Virus record (IMG/VR): IMGVR_UViG_3300035338_000018
Span: 1-40,557 of that record
Origin: a virus
Taxonomy: Duplodnaviria; Caudoviricetes
Strand: one strand, 5' to 3'
Length of the DNA: 40,557 nucleotides
The notes under the pieces were generated by a model. It searched no databases. It was not told the DNA's origin and saw nothing but the letters and a program-made list of their open reading frames with translations. Shown in pieces: positions 1 through 9,463 of this stretch (the stretch's first letter is position 1; each line of letters opens with the position of its first letter). A program made the translations under genes and the position numbers.

Positions 1-1590
1 TCAGCGGCAAGTCTTATATCTATTTTCTATATCTATTTCAATACTTGACTTAAATTCCACCTCAATTCTGTCATCATGCACCGTAACCCTTTCAATAAGC
101 CACCTTACTAATTGCTCATCATACTCCTCTAACTCGCAGGATTGCTCATTCAAGAAATCAGTCATTTCAGCGATTCGTTGCCTTTTTCCTTCTCGCTCTG
201 CATTTTCAACTAGTGCATTTTGCTTTAATTCTCGAAGGCGGTAAATTTCATCAGCCACATCATCATAGTCATTCTTGGACTTTGCTTGTATAAGAAGCTG
301 TTGCTGTAATTCTTCCAATTTACCATCAATATCATCGGTGGCATTATCATTTTCTTCATTAAATATAGTAGCTATATTTTTCTGTAGCGTCTGGAGGAAG
401 GGTTCTTTGTTGACCAAAAGTTCGTTTATAGCCTTAACAACTGCATTCTGCAATGTTTCCTCATTTATGGTAGGGGCAGTGCATTCAGAGTCCTTCTCCT
501 CCAATCGACTAACGCATCTCCAAACGATTGACTTGTAACCTCGGTTATTCCAATGTACCCGTCGGTAAATATCGCCGCAGTATCCGCAGTAAACAATACT
601 AGATAAAGCATACTTACTGCTGTAAACTCGCTTTCTACCACCCTTGCCGCTGCGAAGATTTGCTCTTCGAACCATCTCTTCTTGAACTTGCATAAAAAGC
701 TCACGTGGAATGATAGGCTCATGGCTATTTTCTACATAATACTGGGGAACGATGCCGTTATTCTTTACTCGCTTTTTAGAAAGGAAATCAACCGTATATG
801 TTTTTTGTAGAAGTGCATCACCAATGTATTTTTCGTTTTGCAGGATTTTCTTCAATGTTTCCGGCCTCCACTTAGGCTTATTGGCAGCCGTTAGGATACT
901 ATCTTTTTCAAGGCTCCTAGCAATCTGGGTCAGACTTGCTCCTTCCAGATATTCACGATAGATGCGTTTTACCACTTCCGCCTCCTCTGGAACAATCACC
1001 AGGTTTTTATTTTCATCCTTGGTATAGCCAAGAAAACGATTGTGGTTAACCTGAACCTCTCCGTTTTGATAGCGGTACTGCAATCCCAGCTTTACATTCT
1101 GACTAAGTGACTGACTTTCTTGCTGTGCCAAACTTGCCATGATGGTAAGCAGTACTTCACCCTTGGAGTCCATGGTATTTATTCCTTCTTTTTCGAAAAA
1201 TACGGGGATGTTTTTATCCTTTAGTTGACGGATGTATTTCAAACAATCCAATGTATTTCTTGCAAAGCGGCTGATGGACTTAGTGATAATCATATCGATA
1301 TTGCCTTTCATGCACTCTGCAATCATGCGGTTGAATTCCTCACGCTTTTTGGTATTGGTACCACTGATGCCATCATCGGCAAATATGCCCGCCATTTCCC
1401 ACTCATTATTTTTCTGTATAAACTGGGTATAATGCTCCACCTGCGCTTCATAGCTGGTAGCCTGCTCCTCACTATCCGTAGAAACACGGCAGTAGGCAGC
1501 GACCCTAAGCTTTGGTTTTTCTTCTAATTGTATCGTATTACCCACACGCTTTCGTGCGGGAATGACCGTAACATTTTTAGTTGCATTCAT
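1..1590 (-). CDS. Large serine recombinase (resolvase + recombinase + zinc ribbon)
   Basis: AAYCRVST catalytic motif, [22 protein letters not shown]...WRC zinc ribbon, coiled coil. Confidence 0.95.
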   Translation of the reverse strand: MNATKNVTVIPARKRVGNTIQLEEKPKLRVAAYCRVSTDSEEQATSYEAQVEHYTQFIQKNNEWEMAGIFADDGISGTNTKKREEFNRMIAECMKGNIDMIITKSISRFARNTLDCLKYIRQLKDKNIPVFFEKEGINTMDSKGEVLLTIMASLAQQESQSLSQNVKLGLQYRYQNGEVQVNHNRFLGYTKDENKNLVIVPEEAEVVKRIYREYLEGASLTQIARSLEKDSILTAANKPKWRPETLKKILQNEKYIGDALLQKTYTVDFLSKKRVKNNGIVPQYYVENSHEPIIPRELFMQVQEEMVRRANLRSGKGGRKRVYSSKYALSSIVYCGYCGDIYRRVHWNNRGYKSIVWRCVSRLEEKDSECTAPTINEETLQNAVVKAINELLVNKEPFLQTLQKNIATIFNEENDNATDDIDGKLEELQQQLLIQAKSKNDYDDVADEIYRLRELKQNALVENAEREGKRQRIAEMTDFLNEQSCELEEYDEQLVRWLIERVTVHDDRIEVEFKSSIEIDIENRYKTCR

Positions 1591-1593
1591 GTT

Positions 1594-2007
1594 TTACACC
1601 TCGCATTCGATTAAACTATAGGCATACTCTGCCTGTTGAAAGGGATTTGCATATTCCTCCTGAACCTTTGGAATGGTAAAAGACCTGGGGTTATAAGTCT
1701 TTATCGGCTCTACTTTTTCATACACCCTACCTAGTGCTTTTGCCCTTTTTAGGCGTTCCTCCTCTGCTTTTTCGAAGGTTGTCCTATCAATAATTGCAGG
1801 ATAATACTCATCACCAAGATATTTTCTATTCCGCAGCAACCTACCAGCACTGCCGTGGAACAGTTTCAGTCCTGCCTTTTCAGCCGCATCTTTAAGCGCC
1901 AACCCTGAAAGGTACCCCTCAAACAAGCCTCTGACCTGTTTTGCTTTGTTTTCATCAACAACTGCTATACCGTTTTCAATCCTATAGCCATAAGGTGTAT
2001 GTCCCAT
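1594..2007 (-). CDS. Small recombinase-domain protein lacking the catalytic resolvase domain
   Basis: PYGY...LLRNRKYLG...YPAII resembles the LSR DNA-binding recombinase domain; no YxRVS motif. Confidence 0.8.
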   Translation of the reverse strand: MGHTPYGYRIENGIAVVDENKAKQVRGLFEGYLSGLALKDAAEKAGLKLFHGSAGRLLRNRKYLGDEYYPAIIDRTTFEKAEEERLKRAKALGRVYEKVEPIKTYNPRSFTIPKVQEEYANPFQQAEYAYSLIECEV

Positions 2008-3570
2008 TTAATCCACCAGCCTCTCTTTAAGTTGCAGGCCACATTTCAATTCAAACACAATGTCTGTACTGGATAAAACCTTGATTTTTTCCACATGGGC
2101 AAGAAACGCTTCATCATCAAATTGGCTCACCATTTCACCTTTAGCTGTGAACTTTATCAACTTTTGAAGTTCATCTGCCTTGGTTCTATCTCCACCGATG
2201 GAATATACCATCTTTTCTTTTTCCTTTCGGAGCATTTCTGCCTCCATAGTTAGCCTGTTATTCTCTTTATTAAAAAGAACAGGGTCAAGGTATTTACTTG
2301 CCATTAGGCTTGTTAATACTTGGCGCTGTTCTGTATTTTTCTCAATTCGTGATTTAATTTCTTGTATTGCAGAAAATTTATCGTTATCATTTATGCTTTG
2401 CAAACTTTTCAGCAAAGGTTTTAATATAACCTGATGTCCAAAAGCCAACTTATTCATCATGGTTACAAATGCTTTTTTTATCATTTCGTCAGTGATGTAT
2501 TCCATAGAGCAATCCCTTATATTTTTAATGTGGTTGGAACAGCACCACACAACGTATGTACCTTTGGTCTGATACCGAATTCTGCGTTTAAAACTACTGC
2601 CGCACTCTGCGCACTTAATTCTGCCGGAAAAGGCATATCGATTCTGATATTTGGTACTTTGCTTTTCAATCCCTTTCTCTTTACCACGCTGCTCAAGTAC
2701 CGCATTAGCTTTTTCAAAATCATCATGGGTAATAATGGCTTCATGATGTCCTTTTACAAGGTACATATCCTGCTCTCCAAAATTAACATGGCGGTTAAAG
2801 CTACTATCCGTATACGTCTTTTGGAAAAGAGCATCCCCTGTATATTTCTCGTTTCCAATCAGTCGTGCTACCGTTTCAGCATACCATCTACCACCCTTTT
2901 TGCTTGGAACACCCCTTTTAGTCAAAGCAGTTGCAATAGTGTGTGTACCTTTCCCTGCCAGAACTTCTGCAAATATCTCTTTGACGATTTCAGCCTGTTC
3001 TGGCACAACCACCATTTCTCCATCTATATTTTTATAGCCGTAAGGCGGATAGGAAATTACATAGGTTCCGTTTTGAAAGCGTTTTCTAATACTCCATTTT
3101 TCATTTTCTGAAATGGATATGGATTCGTTTTCCGCAAGGCTACCTAATATAGAAAGCATGAGTTCACTTTCCATGGAACCAGTATCCAGGTTTTCTTTCT
3201 CGAAATATATAGAAATTCCTAAGGTTAGAAGTTTTCTAACCAGTTCCAGGCAATCTGTGACGTTTCTTGCAAAGCGGCTGATGGACTTGGTAATGATGAA
3301 GTCAATTTTTCCATGTTCACAATCCGTAATCATAGGAAGTAAACCTTGGCGCCTTTCTTTCTTGGTGCCAGAAATACCTGTATCATAATACAGCCCTGCA
3401 AATTCCCATTCTAGATTTCCTTTGATGTAGTTTTCATAGTGTTCCTTTTGTGCGTCCAAACTTTCAAGCTGTTCATCCTTAGCCGTTGACACACGACAAT
3501 AAGCTGCCACACGCAGTTTTTTGACTTGCATAAGCTCTTTGCTTTCATGAAGTTTTGTTATCCTTTTCAT
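2008..3570 (-). CDS. Large serine recombinase
   Basis: [27 protein letters not shown]...WCC; start moved to ATG 3570 (MKRITK) behind AGGAGG. Confidence 0.95.
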   Translation of the reverse strand: MKRITKLHESKELMQVKKLRVAAYCRVSTAKDEQLESLDAQKEHYENYIKGNLEWEFAGLYYDTGISGTKKERRQGLLPMITDCEHGKIDFIITKSISRFARNVTDCLELVRKLLTLGISIYFEKENLDTGSMESELMLSILGSLAENESISISENEKWSIRKRFQNGTYVISYPPYGYKNIDGEMVVVPEQAEIVKEIFAEVLAGKGTHTIATALTKRGVPSKKGGRWYAETVARLIGNEKYTGDALFQKTYTDSSFNRHVNFGEQDMYLVKGHHEAIITHDDFEKANAVLEQRGKEKGIEKQSTKYQNRYAFSGRIKCAECGSSFKRRIRYQTKGTYVVWCCSNHIKNIRDCSMEYITDEMIKKAFVTMMNKLAFGHQVILKPLLKSLQSINDNDKFSAIQEIKSRIEKNTEQRQVLTSLMASKYLDPVLFNKENNRLTMEAEMLRKEKEKMVYSIGGDRTKADELQKLIKFTAKGEMVSQFDDEAFLAHVEKIKVLSSTDIVFELKCGLQLKERLVD

Positions 3571-3595
3571 CCTCTCAACCTCCTTTCTGTCGGTC

Positions 3596-3626
3596 ACATA
3601 TTACCTCTGAAACCCCACTTTATCAA
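3596..3626 (-). promoter_or_regulatory. Promoter of recombinase operon
   Basis: TTGATA-17bp-TAATAT, -10 embedded in AGAGGTAATATGT. Confidence 0.6.
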
Positions 3627-3630
3627 GGTT

Positions 3631-3864
3631 TTAAGGCATTAGTTCAGCTAAAGAAGGAGAGAATGTTTTTCTATTTAACGCCGTGATTTTGTGGAATTCA
3701 TCCTCTGTAATCAATCCAGTTTCAAGCATAGATTTTAAAAACTTTTGAGCAAGGATGTAATCGTATTCCCGTTGCAGCTGTTCCTGTGACATCTTTTTTG
3801 CTTCACTCTTGTTATTGATGCTTTCCACAACTTTTGTTGTTTTCTTGTTTTCTATCTGATTCAT
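3631..3864 (-). CDS. SHOCT-like small protein preceding the recombinases
   Basis: MLETGLITEDEFHKI SHOCT-like motif; AGGAGG RBS; usual position in this module. Confidence 0.75.
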   Translation of the reverse strand: MNQIENKKTTKVVESINNKSEAKKMSQEQLQREYDYILAQKFLKSMLETGLITEDEFHKITALNRKTFSPSLAELMP

Positions 3865-3982
3865 TCACATACCCTCCTACCTTTTACCATTTCACCTTAA
3901 ATACACTTTGTAAAATTGATACATCTTTGTTTTTTCTCCCCAAATCTCAGTCAAAGAAAATCACGGTTTGTAAACCCCATAC

Positions 3983-4023
3983 AAAAAAATAATGCCTATG
4001 GAAATTTGATCTCCACAGGCATT
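3983..4023 (-). terminator. Intrinsic terminator after endolysin
   Basis: AATGCCTGTGGA...TCCATAGGCATT stem followed by a T7 run. Confidence 0.8.
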
Positions 4024-4031
4024 GCTTTGTT

Positions 4032-4715
4032 TTATTTCTTCTTTAATACCGGAATACTCCCCTTGCTCGTAATGTCGTAACCTACGGCCTCTGCAATATC
4101 TCTTATCTTCACGTAATTGGTACCATCCTTAAGAATACGATTTACTTCATAGGTCTTTCCATCAATCATGATCTTTGCCTGTTCCACCATCTCACCATCC
4201 ACCAGCCTTTCCTTCCACTTTTTCCATGCTGCTTTATTTTTTACAAAGGGTTTGGGACAAATCTTCCCAACCACATCAAAATGTCGAATGACGTTTTCTA
4301 CGGGAACATTGTATTTCTTCATCAACATTTGGCACAGCTTTGCTGCATTCATCAGCGTTGCCTCCGTAAAGTCAGACACACCATCTTTCTTGGTATCGCA
4401 TAGCTCTATGGAAATGCTATTGGCATTAGTGCATTTTCCGTACCAATTCCCACCCCCGGTTTTAGAGCAAGAGGGATATTTATCCCCACCAACACTCCAT
4501 GCGATATGGTTATCCGGCACACTCTGGATGATTTCCATATCATCAACAAAGTAGTGGGCCGATGCATTTACAATACGTTCTTTAAAATACCGCCCATTGG
4601 AAGCAGCTCGATCGCCATCATTTCCTGTATAGTGAATGACGATATAACGAATGGTGGATGTATTTCTTTTGCCACCATAATTATTCTGATTAGCAAGTAA
4701 ACTCTTAATCTCCAT
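4032..4715 (-). CDS. Endolysin, N-acetylmuramoyl-L-alanine amidase (Amidase_2) with C-terminal cell-binding domain
   Basis: YIVIHYT, ASAHYFVD, NSISIELC, RHFDV..KICP; start ATG 4715 after GAGGAGG. Confidence 0.92.
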   Translation of the reverse strand: MEIKSLLANQNNYGGKRNTSTIRYIVIHYTGNDGDRAASNGRYFKERIVNASAHYFVDDMEIIQSVPDNHIAWSVGGDKYPSCSKTGGGNWYGKCTNANSISIELCDTKKDGVSDFTEATLMNAAKLCQMLMKKYNVPVENVIRHFDVVGKICPKPFVKNKAAWKKWKERLVDGEMVEQAKIMIDGKTYEVNRILKDGTNYVKIRDIAEAVGYDITSKGSIPVLKKK

Positions 4716-4911
4716 TAGCGTCCTCCTCTTTTCCTTTTTGATACTGGGTACCAAAATAAAATGCCACTACTACGGAGAAGATGGTAAGAAACTGTTCTCC
4801 TGAAATTCTCCCTACGATGGATAAGTAAGAAAATACCATTGTCAGCAAAACGGTTACGATGCTTTTCACCGTCAATAAGTTTTGAATTGTAACTTTCGTT
4901 GTTTCATTCAT
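4705..4911 (-). CDS. Holin-like membrane protein
   Basis: 68 aa, two hydrophobic segments, FYFGTQ then charged tail, directly before endolysin. Confidence 0.75.
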   Translation of the reverse strand: MNETTKVTIQNLLTVKSIVTVLLTMVFSYLSIVGRISGEQFLTIFSVVVAFYFGTQYQKGKEEDANGD

Positions 4912-5185
4912 TGTGTGTCCCCCTTTCTTTTCTCCTCATTTTTCGTTGTTCCTGTCTTTTATCCTGTGCATCAGACCATCTTCGAAAAATGGTCATAACA
5001 CCGCAAATACCAAGTTCTGTGCCAAATACCCTCAGTGCACTATCTACTATGGCAGAACTATCTATACCGTGCTGGGCCTGGACCATTCCCCAGACGACAA
5101 CCAAAACACAGAAAATCAAAGAGGATTCCACAATCGTTGTCATGGTATCCCCGTTTATCTTCCATCTTTTCTTCATGCTATTCAC
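4904..5185 (-). CDS. Membrane protein in lysis cassette
   Basis: Hydrophobic segments, FGTELGICG motif, basic C-terminus. Confidence 0.6.
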   Translation of the reverse strand: MNSMKKRWKINGDTMTTIVESSLIFCVLVVVWGMVQAQHGIDSSAIVDSALRVFGTELGICGVMTIFRRWSDAQDKRQEQRKMRRKERGTHNE

Positions 5186-5459
5186 CCTCCCAGTTATGGG
5201 CGGATTGGTTCAGATGCTTCCCCAGCTTTTTATGAGCCTCCGTTACGCCCCCATTTGCCCCTAGCTGCTTCAAACCGTCAAGTGTCGCAAGTAATGCGAA
5301 ACAAATGATGCACTGCTCCTTTTTAATGTTCTGGATTTCTATGTCTTGCACTTTTTGCCGTTCCATCCAACGAAATGCCCGATACAAGATTACACCCAAA
5401 GTACCTATTGCTCCTGCCAGTGCAGCTAGCTTGATGATCATATCCCCGTTAATGTACAA
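5178..5459 (-). CDS. Holin/hemolysin-like membrane protein
   Basis: N-terminal TM helix, then EQCIICFALLATLDGLKQLGANG motif typical of Firmicute phage lysis cassettes. Confidence 0.6.
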   Translation of the reverse strand: MYINGDMIIKLAALAGAIGTLGVILYRAFRWMERQKVQDIEIQNIKKEQCIICFALLATLDGLKQLGANGGVTEAHKKLGKHLNQSAHNWEGE

Positions 5460-5485
5460 TTAACTCACCTTCTCCCATTTCCACC

Positions 5486-5581
5486 TTTATAATGGTGTGT
5501 GTTTCCTCATTTATAATAGTGTCTGTTTCTTCCTATTATATAGAGTCTGTTTCTTCCTTTATAATATAGTCCTTTTCCGCC
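5486..5581. repeat. Four degenerate 24-bp tandem repeats
   Basis: tttataatggtgtgtgtttcctca / tttataatagtgtctgtttcttcc / tattatatagagtctgtttcttcc / tttataatatagtccttttccgcc. Confidence 0.8.
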
Positions 5582-5679
5582 ACTGTAATTTTCCCATCGG
5601 CAACCATTTCATCTAGCCGTACCGTATCAATTTTTCCAGAAAAAAAGAGCCGTTTTAAGCTCTCTACCAATATCCTCAT
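5536..5679 (-). CDS. XkdX-like small tail-region protein (47 aa, not in ORF track)
   Basis: MRILVESLKRLFFSGKIDTVRLDEMVADGKITVAEKDYIIKEETDSI; ATGA overlap with upstream gene; GKIT..E motif. Confidence 0.75.
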   Translation of the reverse strand: MRILVESLKRLFFSGKIDTVRLDEMVADGKITVAEKDYIIKEETDSI

Positions 5680-6014
5680 AATATGCCTTCCTCCATCAGC
5701 TCCATGGTATAAGTATCAATGGCTTCATTTACAAGCTCACCTTGGGTTTTGTTGAGTGCTGCTTCAATACGATCCAACTGTGTGGGTTCGGGCATAGGTT
5801 TTGGTTCCGGAATAAACTCATGAAATCCTGCTGAGTCTGGCTCATAAACCCATCCAAGAACAACATCCTCCCCACAAAGCACAGCGGTTACTGAATTGCC
5901 TGTTGGATCTGGCGGCCAATATGGTTCTGTATCCTGTTCATGGAGGATACCAATCACTCTGTTCTGTAAAATCATTGCGTAATTCATTCTAACAAACCTC
6001 CCCTTACCACTCAA
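5676..6014 (-). CDS. Tail fibre assembly/chaperone-like protein
   Basis: Position after fibre gene; PEPTQLDRIE motif and acidic C-terminus. Confidence 0.6.
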   Translation of the reverse strand: MSGKGRFVRMNYAMILQNRVIGILHEQDTEPYWPPDPTGNSVTAVLCGEDVVLGWVYEPDSAGFHEFIPEPKPMPEPTQLDRIEAALNKTQGELVNEAIDTYTMELMEEGIL

Positions 6015-6747
6015 TCATAACAATACCATTTCCACCGGCGGAAGCTGAATTACTATCACTATGTGAGCCTCCACCGCCACCGCCATTTCCGGGTAACAGC
6101 TGTGAGGCACCACTGCCTCCCATGCCTAATGAGCCTCCACCACCGCCACCATCATTCATTAAAATACCACCGCTAGATATGCCATCCGTTCCATTTGATC
6201 CATCAACAGATGTGCCATTAGACGCTCTTGGTCCAGTACCCTCTCCACCATGACCTCCCCCTGTTCCTCCGGAAAGGCCTCCTCTATAAAATGCGCCACC
6301 AGTACCGCCAGGTAGTGTAATTAGATTGCCTATTACAGTGGAAGCACCAGTAGCCCCTGCAGTTGTGGTGAAATTGGGGTCGGAAGATTCTCCACTTCGA
6401 CCTGGAGCTCCTCCATTTCCAACGGTGATACTAATTACTTGTCCAGGATTGACGGCAAATGCCCTTTTTTCAATGCTTGCACCACCGCCACCTCCGCCTC
6501 CACCAGTGCCCCAGTTAAAACGTGTGTTTGCGCCACCGCCACCGCCTCCGCCAGCACAGGCTGTGACTAAAATTTTCTTAACGTTTGCCGGAACAGTGAA
6601 TGTTCCATTGGCGGTAAAAACTTTCACGCCACCCCAAAGACATTTTACATTATCGTCCACCTCTGAAAGAATCCTGTCCAAGGGCTTAAACCCCGTTGTC
6701 CCCAACGAGCTATTCAAAGCATATTTAATTCCTGACCAAAGCCCCAT
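6004..6747 (-). CDS. Glycine-rich tail fibre/adhesin
   Basis: FTANGTFTVP..V..ILVTACAGGGGGGG...GGNGIVMIEW glycine-rich domain. Confidence 0.75.
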   Translation of the reverse strand: MGLWSGIKYALNSSLGTTGFKPLDRILSEVDDNVKCLWGGVKVFTANGTFTVPANVKKILVTACAGGGGGGGANTRFNWGTGGGGGGGGASIEKRAFAVNPGQVISITVGNGGAPGRSGESSDPNFTTTAGATGASTVIGNLITLPGGTGGAFYRGGLSGGTGGGHGGEGTGPRASNGTSVDGSNGTDGISSGGILMNDGGGGGGSLGMGGSGASQLLPGNGGGGGGSHSDSNSASAGGNGIVMIEW

Positions 6748-7094
6748 TACACAAACACCTCCCGAATGCTGCCATCCTCCTGAAAGATTGTCTTTTTTGC
6801 GATTATTACGCCTTCTGTGTTGGTAAAGGTTTCTGTAATGGAACCATCCGCATTGAAAGTTGTAACCAATGGTTCCCCGGCTCCGTTCAATTCTGTAATA
6901 CTACCATCTTCATTGAACATGGTATTTGTTTCCTGAAATCCCTGTAGGGCCATAAAAACTTCACGATTTAAAACAGTACCATCTCTCGTAGGATTATCAG
7001 CTCTTTCAATGGTGGCATATTTTATGCCACCGCCTTCCTCTGTGATTTTGTATCTATTTGGTTTTTCTGCCAATCTATCTTGAAAATCCCTCAA
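6747..7094 (-). CDS. Tail/baseplate protein
   Basis: Tail module synteny; probable TTG start at 7094 overlapping upstream stop; repeated FNxDGSIxE. Confidence 0.6.
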   Translation of the reverse strand: MRDFQDRLAEKPNRYKITEEGGGIKYATIERADNPTRDGTVLNREVFMALQGFQETNTMFNEDGSITELNGAGEPLVTTFNADGSITETFTNTEGVIIAKKTIFQEDGSIREVFV

Positions 7095-7525
7095 TATAAA
7101 CCTTCTCCTTCTCCACAAGTTGTTGTTCCACAATATCTTCTTGTCTTTTGCATCTGACGAATGCTTTTTTCAATCTCAACAAAGACTTTTTCTATGTTGT
7201 TCGCTGCGATATAATCCAGGCCATCCATAGTGTGGGGTAACGGAATGCCTAAATCAAAAAAAGAGTCCCGGCATTTATGCACTTGTGAGAGGTAATATTC
7301 CATTTCTTCTAATAGAGGTATTTCACCATCCATATAATCTGTACGAAAAGTACCAACAATGGGATAACCAGCATTAATACCAATGAGTCGCATTTCCTCC
7401 GCAGCAGTACCCACACGGTTTAGGTCACTTGCATTATAGGTCCCTTTTTCATTTTGGCTAAGGACATCTCCCAGTGTTCTATCTGTTATTAGCTCTGTTG
7501 TCATAACTGTCGTCGTTTCTGCCAT
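7091..7525 (-). CDS. Tail/baseplate protein
   Basis: LITDRT...KGTYNASDLNRV motif seen in Firmicute phage tails; synteny. Confidence 0.6.
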   Translation of the reverse strand: MAETTTVMTTELITDRTLGDVLSQNEKGTYNASDLNRVGTAAEEMRLIGINAGYPIVGTFRTDYMDGEIPLLEEMEYYLSQVHKCRDSFFDLGIPLPHTMDGLDYIAANNIEKVFVEIEKSIRQMQKTRRYCGTTTCGEGEGLY

Positions 7526-9084
7526 CAGTCTAACCCCCTCCCGGTGATGGTTCCTGTTAGGCCTTCTGTATCAAAGGTAAGCGAATGTGTCATAACAATG
7601 ACCTTACTTTTTGTAAAATCATTCTGAATCGTGAGGCTATCTGCCGCCTCAATACTCATATCCCCTCTATAATCCACAGTGTGTGTTAAACGAAGGTTCT
7701 TGAAATCCATATAAGCCTGTGCAACTTCTGCTGCCTGTGATTCGGAACATATATAATAGGAAGTAATACTTAATTGTTGCCCGTCATCCTCATCTTCTGT
7801 TACAGTTACATCCGCGCCTTTTAAGGTACTATTAGTGCTATCCCAGTAATAATAGCGCACAGTGCAGGACGTATATCTTTCCCCCATACTGATACTAGGC
7901 TTGCTCCACATATTTTCATAATCGATATCATTGGTCATAACCTCAGGCAATTTCCACTTCTTTAAGGAATAGCTCCCGTCTCGTTCAAATTTCCAATAAC
8001 CGCAACAAGCAATGGCCAGATATGCCATGGCTGTATGAATGGGAATATCATCCCCTATGTACTGATTGACCTGTATATTTTTCAATTCTTCCTCAATGAC
8101 GACAGTTTCTTGAATATTCGCAAACAAAATAGATACAGCTTCTGCTACCGTTTGCAGCCCTCGTCCTTCATTTTTATAATTCCCTAGTTCAAAAGCAATG
8201 GAAGGTCTGCAATATACTTTGGCTTCATTGGGTTGGTCTGTTTTTGGAAAAGAATACAGATAAAACTGTCCCATACCAATGCTGTCCGTCCTCGCCCCTA
8301 CAATTAAATCCAGCTTTGGTACCGTTTTCATTTTCTGCCGCAGAAAGGATGCAAAGCCATCGGGGTTGATAATATTAAACTCATTATCCGTATTATCAAA
8401 CACCAAAGTAGTCTCTGGAAACCGAAGGGACGAGCTAAAAGGGTCAATGCTTTCCTCAAAATCAAACTGAAAAATCCCCTCCGATGCAAAGGAAAGAATG
8501 ATACCAGGTACAATCTGGCTCACCTTACAATACCGCAGCCCTTTGTTCCATTTCTTAAAAGAAAACACAAGCTTTTTGACATTACGCTGCCGGATTTCTG
8601 TATAAAATAAGGCTTTGTTATTGATAAAAGAAAGAGATGAGAGTAAATTCCCATCACCATCATAGGCCTTGATATCCAACTTTTCAGCCCATTCTCTGCC
8701 CAAATCATCAAAAGCAATCGAAACCCCTGCAATGTCATAAAGGGCATCAAATGTATAAGTCACTTCTTCTGCTGGTGAGAAATAACCCTCGCTATCACAC
8801 ATCCCCGCAGAAAAAAAACCAATCTGCTGTGCATTGTTCTTTGGAATAAAAGATACGCTGCCATCCAGAACAATTCTTTTATGTTCCAATGTCCCCCAGT
8901 TGGCATCCATACCAAAGGAACCGTTCTTCAACTGCTCCACATGACTGACCGTATGGGTTGGCGTGGTGGAAACCTCTGCACCTTCCGTAGCACCAGGAGG
9001 AACGAAAGAAAGCTCTGCCCTACACTGTATCAATTCTGTATCCCCTTTGATATTTTCCTTATATTTATCACTCGTCTGTATCAT
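7525..9084 (-). CDS. Tail tip/baseplate hub protein
   Basis: About 520 aa ORF two genes after TMP; C-terminal DYRGD...E..D motif. Confidence 0.65.
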   Translation of the reverse strand: MIQTSDKYKENIKGDTELIQCRAELSFVPPGATEGAEVSTTPTHTVSHVEQLKNGSFGMDANWGTLEHKRIVLDGSVSFIPKNNAQQIGFFSAGMCDSEGYFSPAEEVTYTFDALYDIAGVSIAFDDLGREWAEKLDIKAYDGDGNLLSSLSFINNKALFYTEIRQRNVKKLVFSFKKWNKGLRYCKVSQIVPGIILSFASEGIFQFDFEESIDPFSSSLRFPETTLVFDNTDNEFNIINPDGFASFLRQKMKTVPKLDLIVGARTDSIGMGQFYLYSFPKTDQPNEAKVYCRPSIAFELGNYKNEGRGLQTVAEAVSILFANIQETVVIEEELKNIQVNQYIGDDIPIHTAMAYLAIACCGYWKFERDGSYSLKKWKLPEVMTNDIDYENMWSKPSISMGERYTSCTVRYYYWDSTNSTLKGADVTVTEDEDDGQQLSITSYYICSESQAAEVAQAYMDFKNLRLTHTVDYRGDMSIEAADSLTIQNDFTKSKVIVMTHSLTFDTEGLTGTITGRGLD

Positions 9085-9085
9085 C

Positions 9086-9451
9086 CTAGACCTCCTCGAA
9101 GGTTGCACCAATGGCCGTATAGGCTCTACTTCTACCTCTTACCACATCTAACGCAGAAGGTGTCTTTTTGGCGGTGCATTTCATTTTGGCAGATACCGTT
9201 TCTCCGATATAAGGATCTGTAAAGCTGACAATGCCGTAGGCAGAGCGCATTTCCAAACACTTAGAATAAAATGCTTTTTGAAAATCAAGGGAAAGGGTTT
9301 TATTTTCGAAGTTAACAGTTATTTTCCATTTTTCCATAGGTGCCAATTTGGTAATCATCCTGCCGGATACCGTCCTTCGATTGGTGTCAAAGTTCTGCTT
9401 TTCGATGATAATGGAGGTATCCTCCGGTAATTTCAATCCATCAATAACCAT
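9086..9451 (-). CDS. Distal tail protein-like
   Basis: Immediately after TMP; GGAGG RBS. Confidence 0.6.
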   Translation of the reverse strand: MVIDGLKLPEDTSIIIEKQNFDTNRRTVSGRMITKLAPMEKWKITVNFENKTLSLDFQKAFYSKCLEMRSAYGIVSFTDPYIGETVSAKMKCTAKKTPSALDVVRGRSRAYTAIGATFEEV

Positions 9452-9463
9452 AAAAACACCTCC

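Noticed and set aside
15-38. TATATCTATTT repeated at 13-bp spacing at the recombinase 3' end as a possible att site
   Set aside because: Short and AT-rich; no matching copy noticed at the other end; flank unavailable.
2434-3111. Long plus-strand ORFs antisense to phage genes (also 6326-6826, 10064-10654, 11298-11936, 31045-31629 and others)
   Set aside because: Shadow frames of well-supported minus-strand genes with no recognisable motifs.
5486-5581. Possible mini CRISPR array
   Set aside because: Units are contiguous and degenerate with no unique spacers, and they keep a coding frame.
6004-6747. Diversity-generating retroelement target or shufflon
   Set aside because: No reverse transcriptase, template repeat or invertible cassettes seen.
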